Origin: an uncultured Tepidisphaeraceae bacterium
GTDB taxonomy: Bacteria; Planctomycetota; Phycisphaerae; Tepidisphaerales; Tepidisphaeraceae
Assembly: GCA_964420285.1 (NCBI GenBank)
Contig: CAYQTE010000062.1
Location: 1-29,236, forward strand
Length of the DNA: 29,236 nucleotides
Reading direction: 5' to 3'
Under the pieces are notes generated by a model that saw only the letters and a list, made by a program, of their open reading frames with translations, made no database searches and was not told the origin of the DNA. Shown one piece after another: positions 1-11,636 of this stretch. The position numbers and the translations under genes were made by a program. Within the stretch, counting starts at the first letter, position 1. Each line of letters begins with the position of its first letter.

Positions 1-242
1 TCGGACTCGGCCGGGCAAAGTTCAGACTATTTCAGCACATCTTCGAACTTTTTCGAGACATTTGGAGCGTTTTTTCGTCGCGGTTGGGAGGCGAAACCGC
101 GATATTCGGCTGGAAATGAGGGTGCGGCCAAAGCGGTGCGGCGTCGCGGTTTCTGCCTAAGCGACGGTGTGGCAATGAGTTATCGGAAAGCGGACGCGAT
201 CCCATGGGCGGGCGACAGGGGCCGCCGCTTGGAGAGATCGTG

Positions 243-683
243 CTACTTCACGATGGCCAACTGGTCGGGTGCGTTGATGATGATTTCAGGCCGGCCGCGG
301 TAGAGGACCACGTTGCCCGTCACGCGCACCGTTTTGCCGGTGATCGCCTTGGCGATGTCGTTGTTGTAGGCGGCCAGGACGGAATCGCGGCCGCTGCTGA
401 GGATGACGGCGTAGAACTGGGAATCGGCGGTGTCCTTGAAGTTGAGTGTGATAACGCTGTCGGCGACGGTGACGTTATCGATGACGCCGACGACCATGAC
501 GGTGGGCATGGCGGCCTGGATGCCGGATTTGTCGGAGGCGTTGATGGTCATCATGCTGGGGGCCGTGGTGGCGGCGGCCTGCGTGGTGGGCGCGGTTGTC
601 GGCGCGGCGGCGGTGACAATTGCGAAGGCGCAAAGGACCGTGGCCAGCAGTGGCAGGGCGAGAATGATTGTCGAACGACGCAT
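243..683 (-). CDS. Secreted hypothetical protein (signal peptide; possibly OB-fold/BOF-like)
   Basis: ORF 243..779 minus. The internal Met at 683 gives MRRSTIILALPLLATVLCAFA, a typical Sec signal peptide, with GGAG 5 nt upstream of that ATG. The mature part is Thr/Ala-rich followed by a beta-rich C-terminus. Confidence 0.55.
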   Translation of the reverse strand: MRRSTIILALPLLATVLCAFAIVTAAAPTTAPTTQAAATTAPSMMTINASDKSGIQAAMPTVMVVGVIDNVTVADSVITLNFKDTADSQFYAVILSSGRDSVLAAYNNDIAKAITGKTVRVTGNVVLYRGRPEIIINAPDQLAIVK

Positions 684-1012
684 TGGGACTCCTTCTTTTG
701 ATATCACGGCGGTCGATAGTGCGTGGAAATGCACGCGGCGCTCGCGACACGGCCGTACAACCGAAGCGCTGAAGGGCATTCATATCCGCCGTTCATTGGC
801 GCCGCGTTAAGCTGCGGAGAAGAAGATGTTGGTGGACAGTGCCGACCGGTCAGATCGAGATCGCGGTTTGCGCCGCCGGGACGGGCGCGGGCGGGCTTGC
901 CGGGATGGGCGTGCCGCATTCCGGACAGACGCGGGATTGGAGCATCAGCAGCGAATAGCCGCAGGTGGCGCACTTGGGTTCTTCGACTTGGATTTGGATC
1001 AGCACGTGACCG

Positions 1013-2101
1013 TCAATCCAGCAACTTGAGTTGACGCGGGAAGTAGTCCTGTTTCATGGCCTGCTTGGCAAGTTGCAGGGTTTCCTCGGCGACGGCGTTG
1101 GCGCGGGCGGTGCCGGATTTGAGGATGGCCAGGACATCGTCGGGGCGGCGGTCGAATTGCTCGCGGCGGGCGCGAATCGGCTGCAGGAGAGTGTTGAGCA
1201 CGTCCACCAGCCGTTGCTTGATGATCACGTCGCCGACCTTTCCGGCCCGATAGGCGTCCTGCTGCTGGCGAATCCAATCGGTGTCGGGGTTGAACGTTTC
1301 ATGGAAGATCCAGAGCGGATTGTTCTCGACCGTGCCGGGATCGGTGGCGCGGAGCCGCTTGGGATCGGTGTACATGGACATGACTTTCTTGCGGACGGCG
1401 TCGGCGTCGTCGGACAGGAAAATGGCGTTATTGAGCGACTTGCTCATCTTGAGCAGATTGCCATCCGGGCCGGGCCCGCCGGTGCCGACGAGGCGGCGCA
1501 CGCGGCCGAGCTTGGGCTCGATGACCGGGAACAGGCCGCCGGATTTGACGTAGTCGGCATCCTCCGTGTGCGGATCGACGCCGCAGTACATTTGATCGAA
1601 TCGCCGGGCGACCTCGCGCGACATTTCCAGGTGGGGCAACTGGTCTTCGCCGACGGGCACGACGGCCGGGCGGAATGCCAGGATGTCGGCGCATTGGCCA
1701 ACGGCGTAGAGCGGGAAACCGAAGGAGTAATTGTCGCCCAGGCCCTTGTCGCGGATTTCGTCTTTGAGGGTGGGGTTTCGCATGACGCGCGGATAGGGAA
1801 TGAGCATCGCGAAGAAGAATGTCAGTTCGTCGATGGCCGGGACTTCGCTCTGGATGAAGATGGTGCTGCGGGCCGGATCGATGCCGGCGGCGAGATAGTC
1901 GGTGGCGATATCCAGGACGCTTTGGCGGATATCTGCGGGTTTGTCGGCGCGGGTGGTGAAGGCATGTTTGTTGGCGATGATGAAATAGCAGTCGTATTGA
2001 TCCTGCAACGCCACGCGGTTTTCGACGCTGCCAACCCAGTGGCCGAGGTGGAGCTTTCCGGTCGGCGTGTCGCCGGTGAGAAGTCGGGGTTTGTGGGACA
2101 T
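1013..2101 (-). CDS. trpS: Tryptophan--tRNA ligase (class I aaRS)
   Basis: HIGH-type motif TGKLHLGHW near the N-terminus, KMSKS motif (LLKMSKSLNNAIF), and a TrpRS-like block DCYFIIANKHAFTT. The plus-strand ORF 1031..2173 is an antisense artefact. Confidence 0.85.
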   Translation of the reverse strand: MSHKPRLLTGDTPTGKLHLGHWVGSVENRVALQDQYDCYFIIANKHAFTTRADKPADIRQSVLDIATDYLAAGIDPARSTIFIQSEVPAIDELTFFFAMLIPYPRVMRNPTLKDEIRDKGLGDNYSFGFPLYAVGQCADILAFRPAVVPVGEDQLPHLEMSREVARRFDQMYCGVDPHTEDADYVKSGGLFPVIEPKLGRVRRLVGTGGPGPDGNLLKMSKSLNNAIFLSDDADAVRKKVMSMYTDPKRLRATDPGTVENNPLWIFHETFNPDTDWIRQQQDAYRAGKVGDVIIKQRLVDVLNTLLQPIRARREQFDRRPDDVLAILKSGTARANAVAEETLQLAKQAMKQDYFPRQLKLLD

Positions 2102-2255
2102 GGCATCTTCTTAACGACTTTGGCCGGTGGAGACAATTCCCCGCGTGCCTTGCGTGCTGGAATGTCTGGATGATCGGCAAAGACGGGATTCGATCGGGCT
2201 GATATTTTGTGACCGGAAACTTGCCAATCGGGCAAAGCGGAGATATGAATTTGCC

Positions 2256-2840
2256 ATGCCACGACTACGAGCTCCACAACGACGTGCCCAACTGATGGAA
2301 GTAGCGACGCGATTGTTCGCCCGTTGGGGTTTTACCGCAACCACCACAGCCGCGATTGCCGAGGAGGCCGGAATCACCGAGCCGATCCTTTATCGCCACT
2401 TTGAGACCAAGCACGAACTGTTTGTTGCCATCGTGCGCGACATGAGCCGCAAGACGTTGGATCACTGGCGGGAGTTGATCGCCCGGTCGACCAATCCCAG
2501 CGAGCAAATCCGCAATATCGCGCGCGAATTTCCCGACCATCTCAAGCACCTCGGCTATGCCTATCAGGTGCTGCACGGCGCCCTGAGCACCAGCCGGGAA
2601 CGCAAGGTCGTTGCCGTCCTGCGCGAGCATTACAACGAAGTCGAGCGGTTCTTCGTGGGGATCATCACGGCGGGGCAGAAATCCGGCGAATTCCGCGGCG
2701 ATGTCGATCCGAAAGTGCCGGCCTGGATTCTGATCAACCTGGGAATCGGCTACGCGATGATCGCGCTGAATCTGAATCGCCGCAACCACTTCTCGATCGA
2801 ACAGGCCGTTGAGTTTGTTCTGCGCGGCCTCAAGAGTTGA
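2256..2840 (+). CDS. TetR/AcrR family transcriptional regulator
   Basis: N-terminal TetR HTH: RAQLMEVATRLFARWGFTATTTAAIAEEAGITEPILYRHFETKHELF. Start taken at the internal ATG (MPRLRAP) with GGAG upstream. Divergent from trpS. Confidence 0.8.
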   Translation: MPRLRAPQRRAQLMEVATRLFARWGFTATTTAAIAEEAGITEPILYRHFETKHELFVAIVRDMSRKTLDHWRELIARSTNPSEQIRNIAREFPDHLKHLGYAYQVLHGALSTSRERKVVAVLREHYNEVERFFVGIITAGQKSGEFRGDVDPKVPAWILINLGIGYAMIALNLNRRNHFSIEQAVEFVLRGLKS

Positions 2841-2867
2841 AGGCTCGCGGCTGGTGCGGCGCATCGA

Positions 2868-3113
2868 TCAAACTGACCGGCCGCAGCGAGGGCAATATCG
2901 CGCGTGCCTCAGGTGCAGCGCGCCGCAATTGCGGCAGATGCGACGAAGGCGATTCTTGTATTGGTCAAAGCGTGGCGGGCGGCGCTGCAGCAGGGCCCGA
3001 AGCAGAAGGGCGATGCCCGCGAGCATGGCCAGCCAGATCAAAACGAGGAACCACGCGATGCCGGCGGCGCCGGGCGCGTAAACTTGCCAATATTCGCTGA
3101 CCGCTGTCGTCAT
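2868..3113 (-). CDS. Small membrane protein with C-terminal zinc-ribbon (CxxC..CxxC)
   Basis: 81 aa. One hydrophobic helix (IAWFLVLIWLAMLAGIALLL), then a basic stretch and CRNCG...CPRCG. No clear RBS. Confidence 0.4.
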   Translation of the reverse strand: MTTAVSEYWQVYAPGAAGIAWFLVLIWLAMLAGIALLLRALLQRRPPRFDQYKNRLRRICRNCGALHLRHARYCPRCGRSV

Positions 3114-3174
3114 ATATCGCTATCCGGCTGGCGCAACGGTATAGTATACCAACTCGTTAAGCCGGTCACGTTGC

Positions 3175-3762
3175 ATGGAATTCTCGGCCGCAAATCGTCA
3201 GGCGTTGATCCACTTGGCCGCCGACATTATTCGCTTTCGGCTGGCCGGTCCGTTGGGTGGGGTTCCCGTGCCGCAGTTTCCGGGCGTGCAGGAGCCGGTC
3301 TATCAGCAATTGGCGGGGTGTTTCACGACGTTGCACGACAGGTTCACACATGAACTTCGCGGGTGCGTGGGACGGCTGGATGCGTCGGTGCCGGTGTGGA
3401 TTGCGGTGCGGGATTCGGCCAATTCGTGCCTCTCGGACCCGCGATTTGCGGGCAGGCCGGTGACGACGGCGGAAATTCCTCGTTTGGAGTTGGAACTGAG
3501 CGTTCTCTCGCCCCTTTCGCCGCGAGGCAATCCGCTTGAATTCGATCCGGCGCGAGAGGGAATCTACCTGACCATCGCCGGGCGGAGCGGATGTTTTCTT
3601 CCGCAAGTGGCGAGGGAAACTGGCTGGACGCGCGAGCAGCTTCTGGATCGGCTTTGTACCGAAAAAATCGGAATGCCCGCCGGCGCCTGGCGAATGGGAG
3701 CGGCCATGCTCTCGATATTCACGGCCGAGATTCTGGGGCCCAGCCCACTTGCCACGGCGTGA
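3175..3762 (+). CDS. AMMECR1 domain protein
   Basis: Contains the AMMECR1 signature blocks GCFTTL and LRGCVG with conserved spacing. Confidence 0.75.
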   Translation: MEFSAANRQALIHLAADIIRFRLAGPLGGVPVPQFPGVQEPVYQQLAGCFTTLHDRFTHELRGCVGRLDASVPVWIAVRDSANSCLSDPRFAGRPVTTAEIPRLELELSVLSPLSPRGNPLEFDPAREGIYLTIAGRSGCFLPQVARETGWTREQLLDRLCTEKIGMPAGAWRMGAAMLSIFTAEILGPSPLATA

Positions 3763-3771
3763 GGACGGCTC

Positions 3772-4542
3772 ATGGCCAGCGCAAGATCATGGGCGAGTTG
3801 GCCGGGCCGGTGCTTCGGGGAAATTCTCGATCTGGTCTATCCCAGCCGATGCGCTGCGTGTCATCGGGCGTGCGAATCCGGCCAGCGATTTTGCGGAACA
3901 TGCGCGGCGGGGCTGAACGAATTGGCCGCACAATCTCGATGTGATCACTGCGCGGTGCCGACGGCGCAATCCCTGGGCCATTGTCCGTATTGCCAGGGCA
4001 GGGGGATATATCCATTTCGGCGGGTGGTGTCGCTGGGCAAGTTTGCGTCGCCGCTTCGAGACATGATTCACCGGATGAAATACCACGGCCGATGGGATCT
4101 GGCCGAGGCCCTGGCGGATCGGATGTGGGATTGTTCGGCTGTGCGGGAGGTCTTGGCGTGGTCGGAGTGTCTGGTGCCGGTGCCGTTGCATTGGGCGCGG
4201 CAGATTGAACGTGGTTTCGACCAGTCGGACATCATCGCTGGGCGACTTGGCCGGCGAGCGGGAATCAAATCACGTGCGGCGGCAATGCGAATTCGAGCGA
4301 CTGGGACGCAGACGGGCCTGGGGGCGGAGTGGAAACGGCGGGAAAACGTGCGCGGGGCGTTTGCCCTGACCCATGCGAACTGGATTCGCGGCAGGCGAAT
4401 CACGATTGTCGATGATGTTCTTACGACAGGCGCAACGGCCCGATCGCTGGCAGCGGCGGTGCGGCAGGGCGAGCCGGCGGCGATATCGCTGCTGGTCGTG
4501 GCCGTTGCCGACCCGCGGCGGACGGAATTTGAAACTATTTAG
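3772..4542 (+). CDS. comF: ComF/GntX family phosphoribosyltransferase-domain protein
   Basis: N-terminal Cys-rich zinc-finger region (CAAC...CGTC...CDHC...CPYC). C-terminal PRTase fold with the PRPP motif IVDDVLTTGAT. GAGGA lies 8 nt upstream of the ATG. Confidence 0.8.
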   Translation: MASARSWASWPGRCFGEILDLVYPSRCAACHRACESGQRFCGTCAAGLNELAAQSRCDHCAVPTAQSLGHCPYCQGRGIYPFRRVVSLGKFASPLRDMIHRMKYHGRWDLAEALADRMWDCSAVREVLAWSECLVPVPLHWARQIERGFDQSDIIAGRLGRRAGIKSRAAAMRIRATGTQTGLGAEWKRRENVRGAFALTHANWIRGRRITIVDDVLTTGATARSLAAAVRQGEPAAISLLVVAVADPRRTEFETI

Positions 4543-4639
4543 CCGCACGAGAGTTACGATCAAGGCGGCAGGCTCAAGTAGGGCGTCAATATGTGCCGAT
4601 GAACCATTCTCGGTCGTGATGCGTATTGACGAGGTTAGC

Positions 4640-4696
4640 GCATTGCAAAAATTTCTTTGCAAAGGGTCTTGACGGGAAGAGTGGGTTGAGTATGAT
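4640..4696 (+). promoter_or_regulatory. Putative rRNA operon promoter: AT-rich palindromic UP-like element, -35 TTGACG (4669-4674), 16-nt spacer, -10 TATGAT (4691-4696)
   Basis: Near-consensus sigma70 hexamers read directly from the sequence. Upstream palindrome TTGCAAA-N-TTTGCAA at 4643-4662. Lies ~620 nt upstream of the 23S 5' end. Confidence 0.45.
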
Positions 4697-5016
4697 CTAC
4701 CTCCCGGCTCACATAACGGTGAGCGTATTGAAGTGGTCGAACGGAAGTAATTGAACAGGGCGAGAGAGACGATTGAGCACACGGCAACTCGAAGCTTGGC
4801 ATCATCTTCCCTCGAGGTGACCCCGTCTTAAAACCCGGTCACCGAGTGGAACGGTGACGGCTGACCAGGAATCGCAAAAGCGATTCCCGGAGATGTATCG
4901 GCTGAATTCGGATCAGCTTACCCCTGCGGGGATAAGCTCACCCGCGTTTGGCGGGCCGTTTTGTGGTGTTTTCCGGACTGAGGCGAAAGCTGAGGTATGG
5001 AAGGATCGCGCGGCGG

Positions 5017-5028
5017 GCTCTTTGACAA
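5017..5028 (+). promoter_or_regulatory. boxA-like antitermination element in the rRNA leader (GCTCTTTGACAA)
   Basis: Matches the rRNA boxA consensus TGCTCTTTAACAA at about 10 of 12 positions. Located in the leader between the promoter and 23S. Confidence 0.4.
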
Positions 5029-5316
5029 GAGAAGATTGAGGTTCAAGGTCTCAATATAAGTGTAGACCTCCGCGATTCCTGCCCGTTTGGTTTTGGTTTT
5101 TCCGTCTGGCCGGAAGAGCGTCTCCGCATCGGGGACGTTTTGTACGGTGGGCAGGAATCGGTCGAGCATCTTTTTTGGCGAACGATTACAGTATCGATCG
5201 TATGTTCCGTTGCCGGCACGCCCGCCGGCGGTTTCGGCCAAGACGCAAGTCGAGGCTGGGGCCTGGGATCCAGGCGAAGCGAAGCTGGGTCTGAGAAGAC
5301 GGTGATCGATAAATGT

Positions 5317-8200
<2,884 letters not shown>

Positions 8201-8353
8201 TTTATCGATCAACGTCGGCACATTCCCCCCAGGCTCGAAAGACCCGGGAAGTGTGCGGACTCCAAAGAAGTTCTCGACTTGATATGTCGCGGACAACCTC
8301 AATTTTTTCCTGTCGAATTTCAGTCCCGACGCCGGGAAACCGTCGTCGGGGCT

Positions 8354-8466
8354 TTCGTTGGTGGCTATATCGGTAGGGTCACACCCGTTCCCATTCCGAA
8401 CACGGTCGTTAAGCCTGCCGAGCCGATGATACTGCTTCAGCGGGAAAGTAGGTCACTGCCAGCGTT
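8354..8466 (+). rRNA. rrf: 5S ribosomal RNA
   Basis: Conserved 5S core (CCCGTTCCCATTCCGAACACGG...GTAGGTCACTGCCAGCG). The terminal helix pairs CGTTGGTGG with CTGCCAGCG. Exact ends are uncertain by a few nt. Confidence 0.85.
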
Positions 8467-8470
8467 AAAC

Positions 8471-8512
8471 AAGAACCCCGGCCCCTTCAACAAGGGCCGG
8501 GGTTCTTTTTTG
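8471..8512 (+). terminator. Rho-independent terminator of the rrl-rrf operon
   Basis: Perfect 14-bp stem AAGAACCCCGGCCC / GGGCCGGGGTTCTT with a 9-nt loop, followed by TTTTT. Confidence 0.85.
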
Positions 8513-8551
8513 CGCCGGCGGTCAGGTATAATCCCATCGACGGCCGTGCGT

Positions 8552-9049
8552 ATGGAAAAAAGCAGCGTTGAAGCCATCGTCCGCGCGCTGAATCAACACC
8601 AGGTTCGATACCTGATCGTCGGCGGCCTTGCCGTCGTTGCCCACGGCTATATGCGCTTTACCGCCGACATTGATCTGGTACTGGCCGTCGACCGCGACAA
8701 CCTCACCAGGGCGGTTGAGGCGATCAAATCGCTCGATTATCTCCCGCGCGTGCCCGTTGCATTCGAGGAGTTCATTGAACCGGCAAATCGGCGGCGATGG
8801 GCGTCTGAAAGGAACATGCTAGTGTTTTCTTTGTATTCGACGAAGCACCAAACGACGGCCATCGACCTGTTTCTCGACCCGCCTGTGGATTTCGACGCCG
8901 CCTATTCAAGAGCCGTCCCGCTTGACGTGGCGTCGGGCATTGTGGCCACCTTTTGTTCGCTGGAAGACCTCATCACGATGAAGACCTTCGCCGGCCGGCC
9001 AAGAGATCTGGAAGACATTGCACACCTTCGCGAACGGAAGAGACCATGA
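8552..9049 (+). CDS. Minimal nucleotidyltransferase (Pol-beta superfamily) protein
   Basis: 165 aa. NTase signature hG[GS]-x(9-13)-DhD present as GGLAVVAHGYMRFTADIDL. The stop TGA overlaps the ATG of the next gene (ATGA). Paralog of the CDS at 14871..15347. Confidence 0.7.
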   Translation: MEKSSVEAIVRALNQHQVRYLIVGGLAVVAHGYMRFTADIDLVLAVDRDNLTRAVEAIKSLDYLPRVPVAFEEFIEPANRRRWASERNMLVFSLYSTKHQTTAIDLFLDPPVDFDAAYSRAVPLDVASGIVATFCSLEDLITMKTFAGRPRDLEDIAHLRERKRP

Positions 9050-10143
9050 GCAAACAACCAAAACTACCTTCCGATCAAGCGTGGCCGCGGGGTTTCGAAG
9101 GGCACGAGGCGGACCAGCAAGCGCGGTTAGCCGAGTTGCCTTTGTCCGAAAAGCTGGCGTGGCTGGAAGAGGCGCATCGCCTGGCACTGCACCTCCAAGA
9201 AGGCGCCGGACGGGCAGACGATTCGACCTCGGTGGAAGACTTGACCCTTCCGGGCGTTGACCGCGGCATACCGGCGGATTATGTGACACAAGTTTTTACT
9301 GCCGACGATTTGGCGCGCCTAGCGAACAAGACAGGGAAATATTTCCGCAGATGGCTGCGAGCCGAGCTAGAGCGGGGCAATACGCTTGTCGTGGATCACA
9401 CCCATGGAGAGCGCTGGCGTTTTTCCAAGGATGAGGCTGAGCAGTTGTTGAGGATGTTCCGTTCCAGCGCAAACTCTTCTTCGTCGAGGAAAAGGACTAC
9501 GCCAATGTCATTTGATTGTCACACTGGCACACTGGCGGGGAGCTTAGGAGCGGAGGCTGATCGCCTTTTGCCGGCTTTCGATAGATCGGTTCGGCCGCAA
9601 GCTCTTGATGAATTGCCGACCGATCCTGGAGTCTATTCCTTTTGGACTGCTGGCCCCAGGGCCATTTGTGATTTGGGATTGGATGACATGGAAGGCGAGA
9701 AATCGCTCCTTGTCCGTCCACTTTATATCGGCAAGGCGGAGGATTCCATCGCCAAGAGAATTCCAACGCAACATTTCAAGACAGGGAAAACCGGATGGTC
9801 GACGGCGCGCCGAACATTTGCTGCACTTCTTGGATTTAGGAGCTGTCTACGACCGACAAAAATGAAGGCACCGACTTCGAAGCAGTTGCGAATTCTGATC
9901 GCGAATTATGGCGTTGTCCCGGCAGATGAGGCAAAATTGACCGAATGGATGATGTCGAATCTTCTCATCCGCGCGGCGGCATCCCGATGGACTCCTCTGG
10001 AGGCTTTGGAGAACGAGTTAATGTTGCGCCTGCGACCGCCACTAAACCTCTTCAAGGCGAACTGGTCGAATCCATGGCGCGATCGAATCGAGCGAGCGCG
10101 ATCCATGATGAGAGAAAACGCCAGGGGTGCGGCGGTGATGTGA
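9046..10143 (+). CDS. Fusion protein: excisionase/MerR-type HTH (HTH_17-like) plus GIY-YIG-like nuclease domain
   Basis: 365 aa. Acidic N-terminus. The HTH_17-like segment is DDLARLANKTGKYFRRWLRAEL...GERWRFSKDEAEQLL. The GIY-YIG-like segment is PGVYSFW...LYIGKAEDSIAKRIPTQHF, then a conserved Arg (STARRTF) and LENE...N. The GIY to YIG spacing is longer than canonical. Translationally coupled to the upstream NTase. Confidence 0.65.
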   Translation: MSKQPKLPSDQAWPRGFEGHEADQQARLAELPLSEKLAWLEEAHRLALHLQEGAGRADDSTSVEDLTLPGVDRGIPADYVTQVFTADDLARLANKTGKYFRRWLRAELERGNTLVVDHTHGERWRFSKDEAEQLLRMFRSSANSSSSRKRTTPMSFDCHTGTLAGSLGAEADRLLPAFDRSVRPQALDELPTDPGVYSFWTAGPRAICDLGLDDMEGEKSLLVRPLYIGKAEDSIAKRIPTQHFKTGKTGWSTARRTFAALLGFRSCLRPTKMKAPTSKQLRILIANYGVVPADEAKLTEWMMSNLLIRAAASRWTPLEALENELMLRLRPPLNLFKANWSNPWRDRIERARSMMRENARGAAVM

Positions 10144-10219
10144 CGATCGCTGAGAGCAATCCGTAACGCCCGAGCATAGCGTCAAGTCTGCCAGGGTAAT
10201 GGCGGGGCGCGAAGGGAGA

Positions 10220-10756
10220 CTACACGATCATATGCGGCGACTTGGGCGGCCAGGGGTGAGTGCCGCCGGATTTTTCGAGCAGGCGGATGCCAGTGATCGT
10301 CATGCCGTGGTCAATGGCCTTGCACATGTCGTAGATCGTCAATGCCGCGACGGCCACGGCGGTCAGGGCCTCCATCTCGACGCCGGTGCGCGCGGAAATG
10401 GTGGCCGTGGCGCGGATGCGGAGTTTGACTTCGCCTGGATTGCCGGGCCGGCCTTCCGGCTCGTCAAACTCGACATGCACGGTGTCGATCGGCAGGGGAT
10501 GGCACAGCGGGATCAGTTCGCCGCATCGCTTGGCCGCCATGATGCCGGCGACGCGGGCCGTGTTCAGAACCTCGCCCTTGGGGACTTTGCCGAACGCGAT
10601 GGCCTGCAACGTTGCGTGGGCCATGGAGATGAATCCCACGGCCGTAGCGGTGCGACGCGTGACCGGCTTGCCCGATACGTCCACCATGCGGGCGTTGCCC
10701 GATTCGTCCAGATGCGTGAGTTTCGGTTGGGATTTGTCAGCGGATTTACGCGGCAT
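10220..10756 (-). CDS. moaC: Cyclic pyranopterin monophosphate synthase MoaC
   Basis: Full-length MoaC similarity ([18 protein letters not shown]...LIPLCHPLP...[10 protein letters not shown]). Confidence 0.9.
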   Translation of the reverse strand: MPRKSADKSQPKLTHLDESGNARMVDVSGKPVTRRTATAVGFISMAHATLQAIAFGKVPKGEVLNTARVAGIMAAKRCGELIPLCHPLPIDTVHVEFDEPEGRPGNPGEVKLRIRATATISARTGVEMEALTAVAVAALTIYDMCKAIDHGMTITGIRLLEKSGGTHPWPPKSPHMIV

Positions 10757-10780
10757 AAATTCCCCTTTGGCACGATCGCC

Positions 10781-11602
10781 TCAAGCGGGCCATGTCTTCC
10801 TGAGATCGACAAGCTGCCGAACCTGCTCAAGCAGCGGCTGGATGGAATCCAAAGGCAACATCGACGCCGCATCGCTCTTGGCGCTGGCGGGATCGGGATG
10901 CGTTTCCAGGAAAAGTCCATCGACACCGGCAACCACGGCCGCCCGCGCCAGCAGGGGCGAGAATTTCGGATTTCCGCCGCTTTGCGTGCCCAGCCCGGCC
11001 GGTTGCTGCGTCGAATGGGTGATATCGAAAATCACCGGGCAGCCGGTTTCCTTCATGATCGAAAGCCCCGTGAAATCGTTGACCAGCCGGTTATAGCCGA
11101 AGAATGTGCCACGCTCGGTCAGGAGGATGCGCTGGTTGCCGGTGGATCGGATTTTCGCCGCCGCGTTGGCCATTTCCGCCGGGGCCATGAACTGGCCTTT
11201 CTTGACGTTGACCCAGCGCCCGGTCTCGCCGGCGGCCACAAGCAGATCGGTCTGCCGCGCCAGAAATGCTGGAATCTGCAACACATCCACAACGGCTGCC
11301 GCCGCCTGCGCCTGGTGGGTTTCGTGGATATCAGTCAGCACGGCCACGCCGATCTCGTCTTTCACTCGCTTAAGCACGGCCAGACCGTCGCACAATCCCG
11401 GCCCGCGAAAGCTCGAATTGGCCGAGCGATTGGCCTTGTCAAAGCTGGCCTTGAAGACGTACCGAAACCCCAGCCGGTCGCAGTACGTTTTCAAACGTCT
11501 GGCGACGGTGAGGCACAGTTCCAGCGATTCGATGACGCAGGGTCCGCCGATGATCAGCAAACCGGCCCCGGAACTGTCGAAAAGGTCAGGCGTCGTATTC
11601 AT
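10781..11602 (-). CDS. kdsA: 3-deoxy-8-phosphooctulonate synthase
   Basis: KdsA/DAHP-synthase family blocks (LLIIGGPCVIES, FKASFDKANRSS, QIPAFLARQTDLL, VIFDITHS). Start chosen at the MNTTPD ATG at 11602. Confidence 0.88.
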   Translation of the reverse strand: MNTTPDLFDSSGAGLLIIGGPCVIESLELCLTVARRLKTYCDRLGFRYVFKASFDKANRSANSSFRGPGLCDGLAVLKRVKDEIGVAVLTDIHETHQAQAAAAVVDVLQIPAFLARQTDLLVAAGETGRWVNVKKGQFMAPAEMANAAAKIRSTGNQRILLTERGTFFGYNRLVNDFTGLSIMKETGCPVIFDITHSTQQPAGLGTQSGGNPKFSPLLARAAVVAGVDGLFLETHPDPASAKSDAASMLPLDSIQPLLEQVRQLVDLRKTWPA

Positions 11603-11636
11603 GTTTGTTGCGGCCGGATGGTGTCGGGAAGGGTGC

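Noticed and set aside
1-242. Hairpin TCGCGGTT-N9-AACCGCGA at ~78-102 preceded by a T6 run
   Set aside because: The T-run is on the wrong side for a plus-strand terminator. It gives an A-run, not a U-run, for the minus-strand gene ending at 243. It is not interpretable without upstream context.
204-701. 165-aa plus-strand ORF rich in Gly/Asp/Val
   Set aside because: Antisense to the signal-peptide protein gene at 243..683. Its low-complexity GC-driven composition marks it as an artefact.
1031-2173. 380-aa plus-strand ORF, plus the long minus-strand ORFs 1428..2180 and 1822..2277
   Set aside because: All overlap trpS on the wrong strand or frame. Their Arg/Pro/Gly-rich composition is typical of high-GC antisense ORFs.
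4543-5316. Search for a 16S rRNA fragment or tRNA in the rRNA leader and the 23S-5S spacer
   Set aside because: No 16S-like conserved blocks and no T-psi-C/anticodon-arm tRNA signature were found. GGTTCAAGG at ~5041 lacks the rest of a tRNA cloverleaf.
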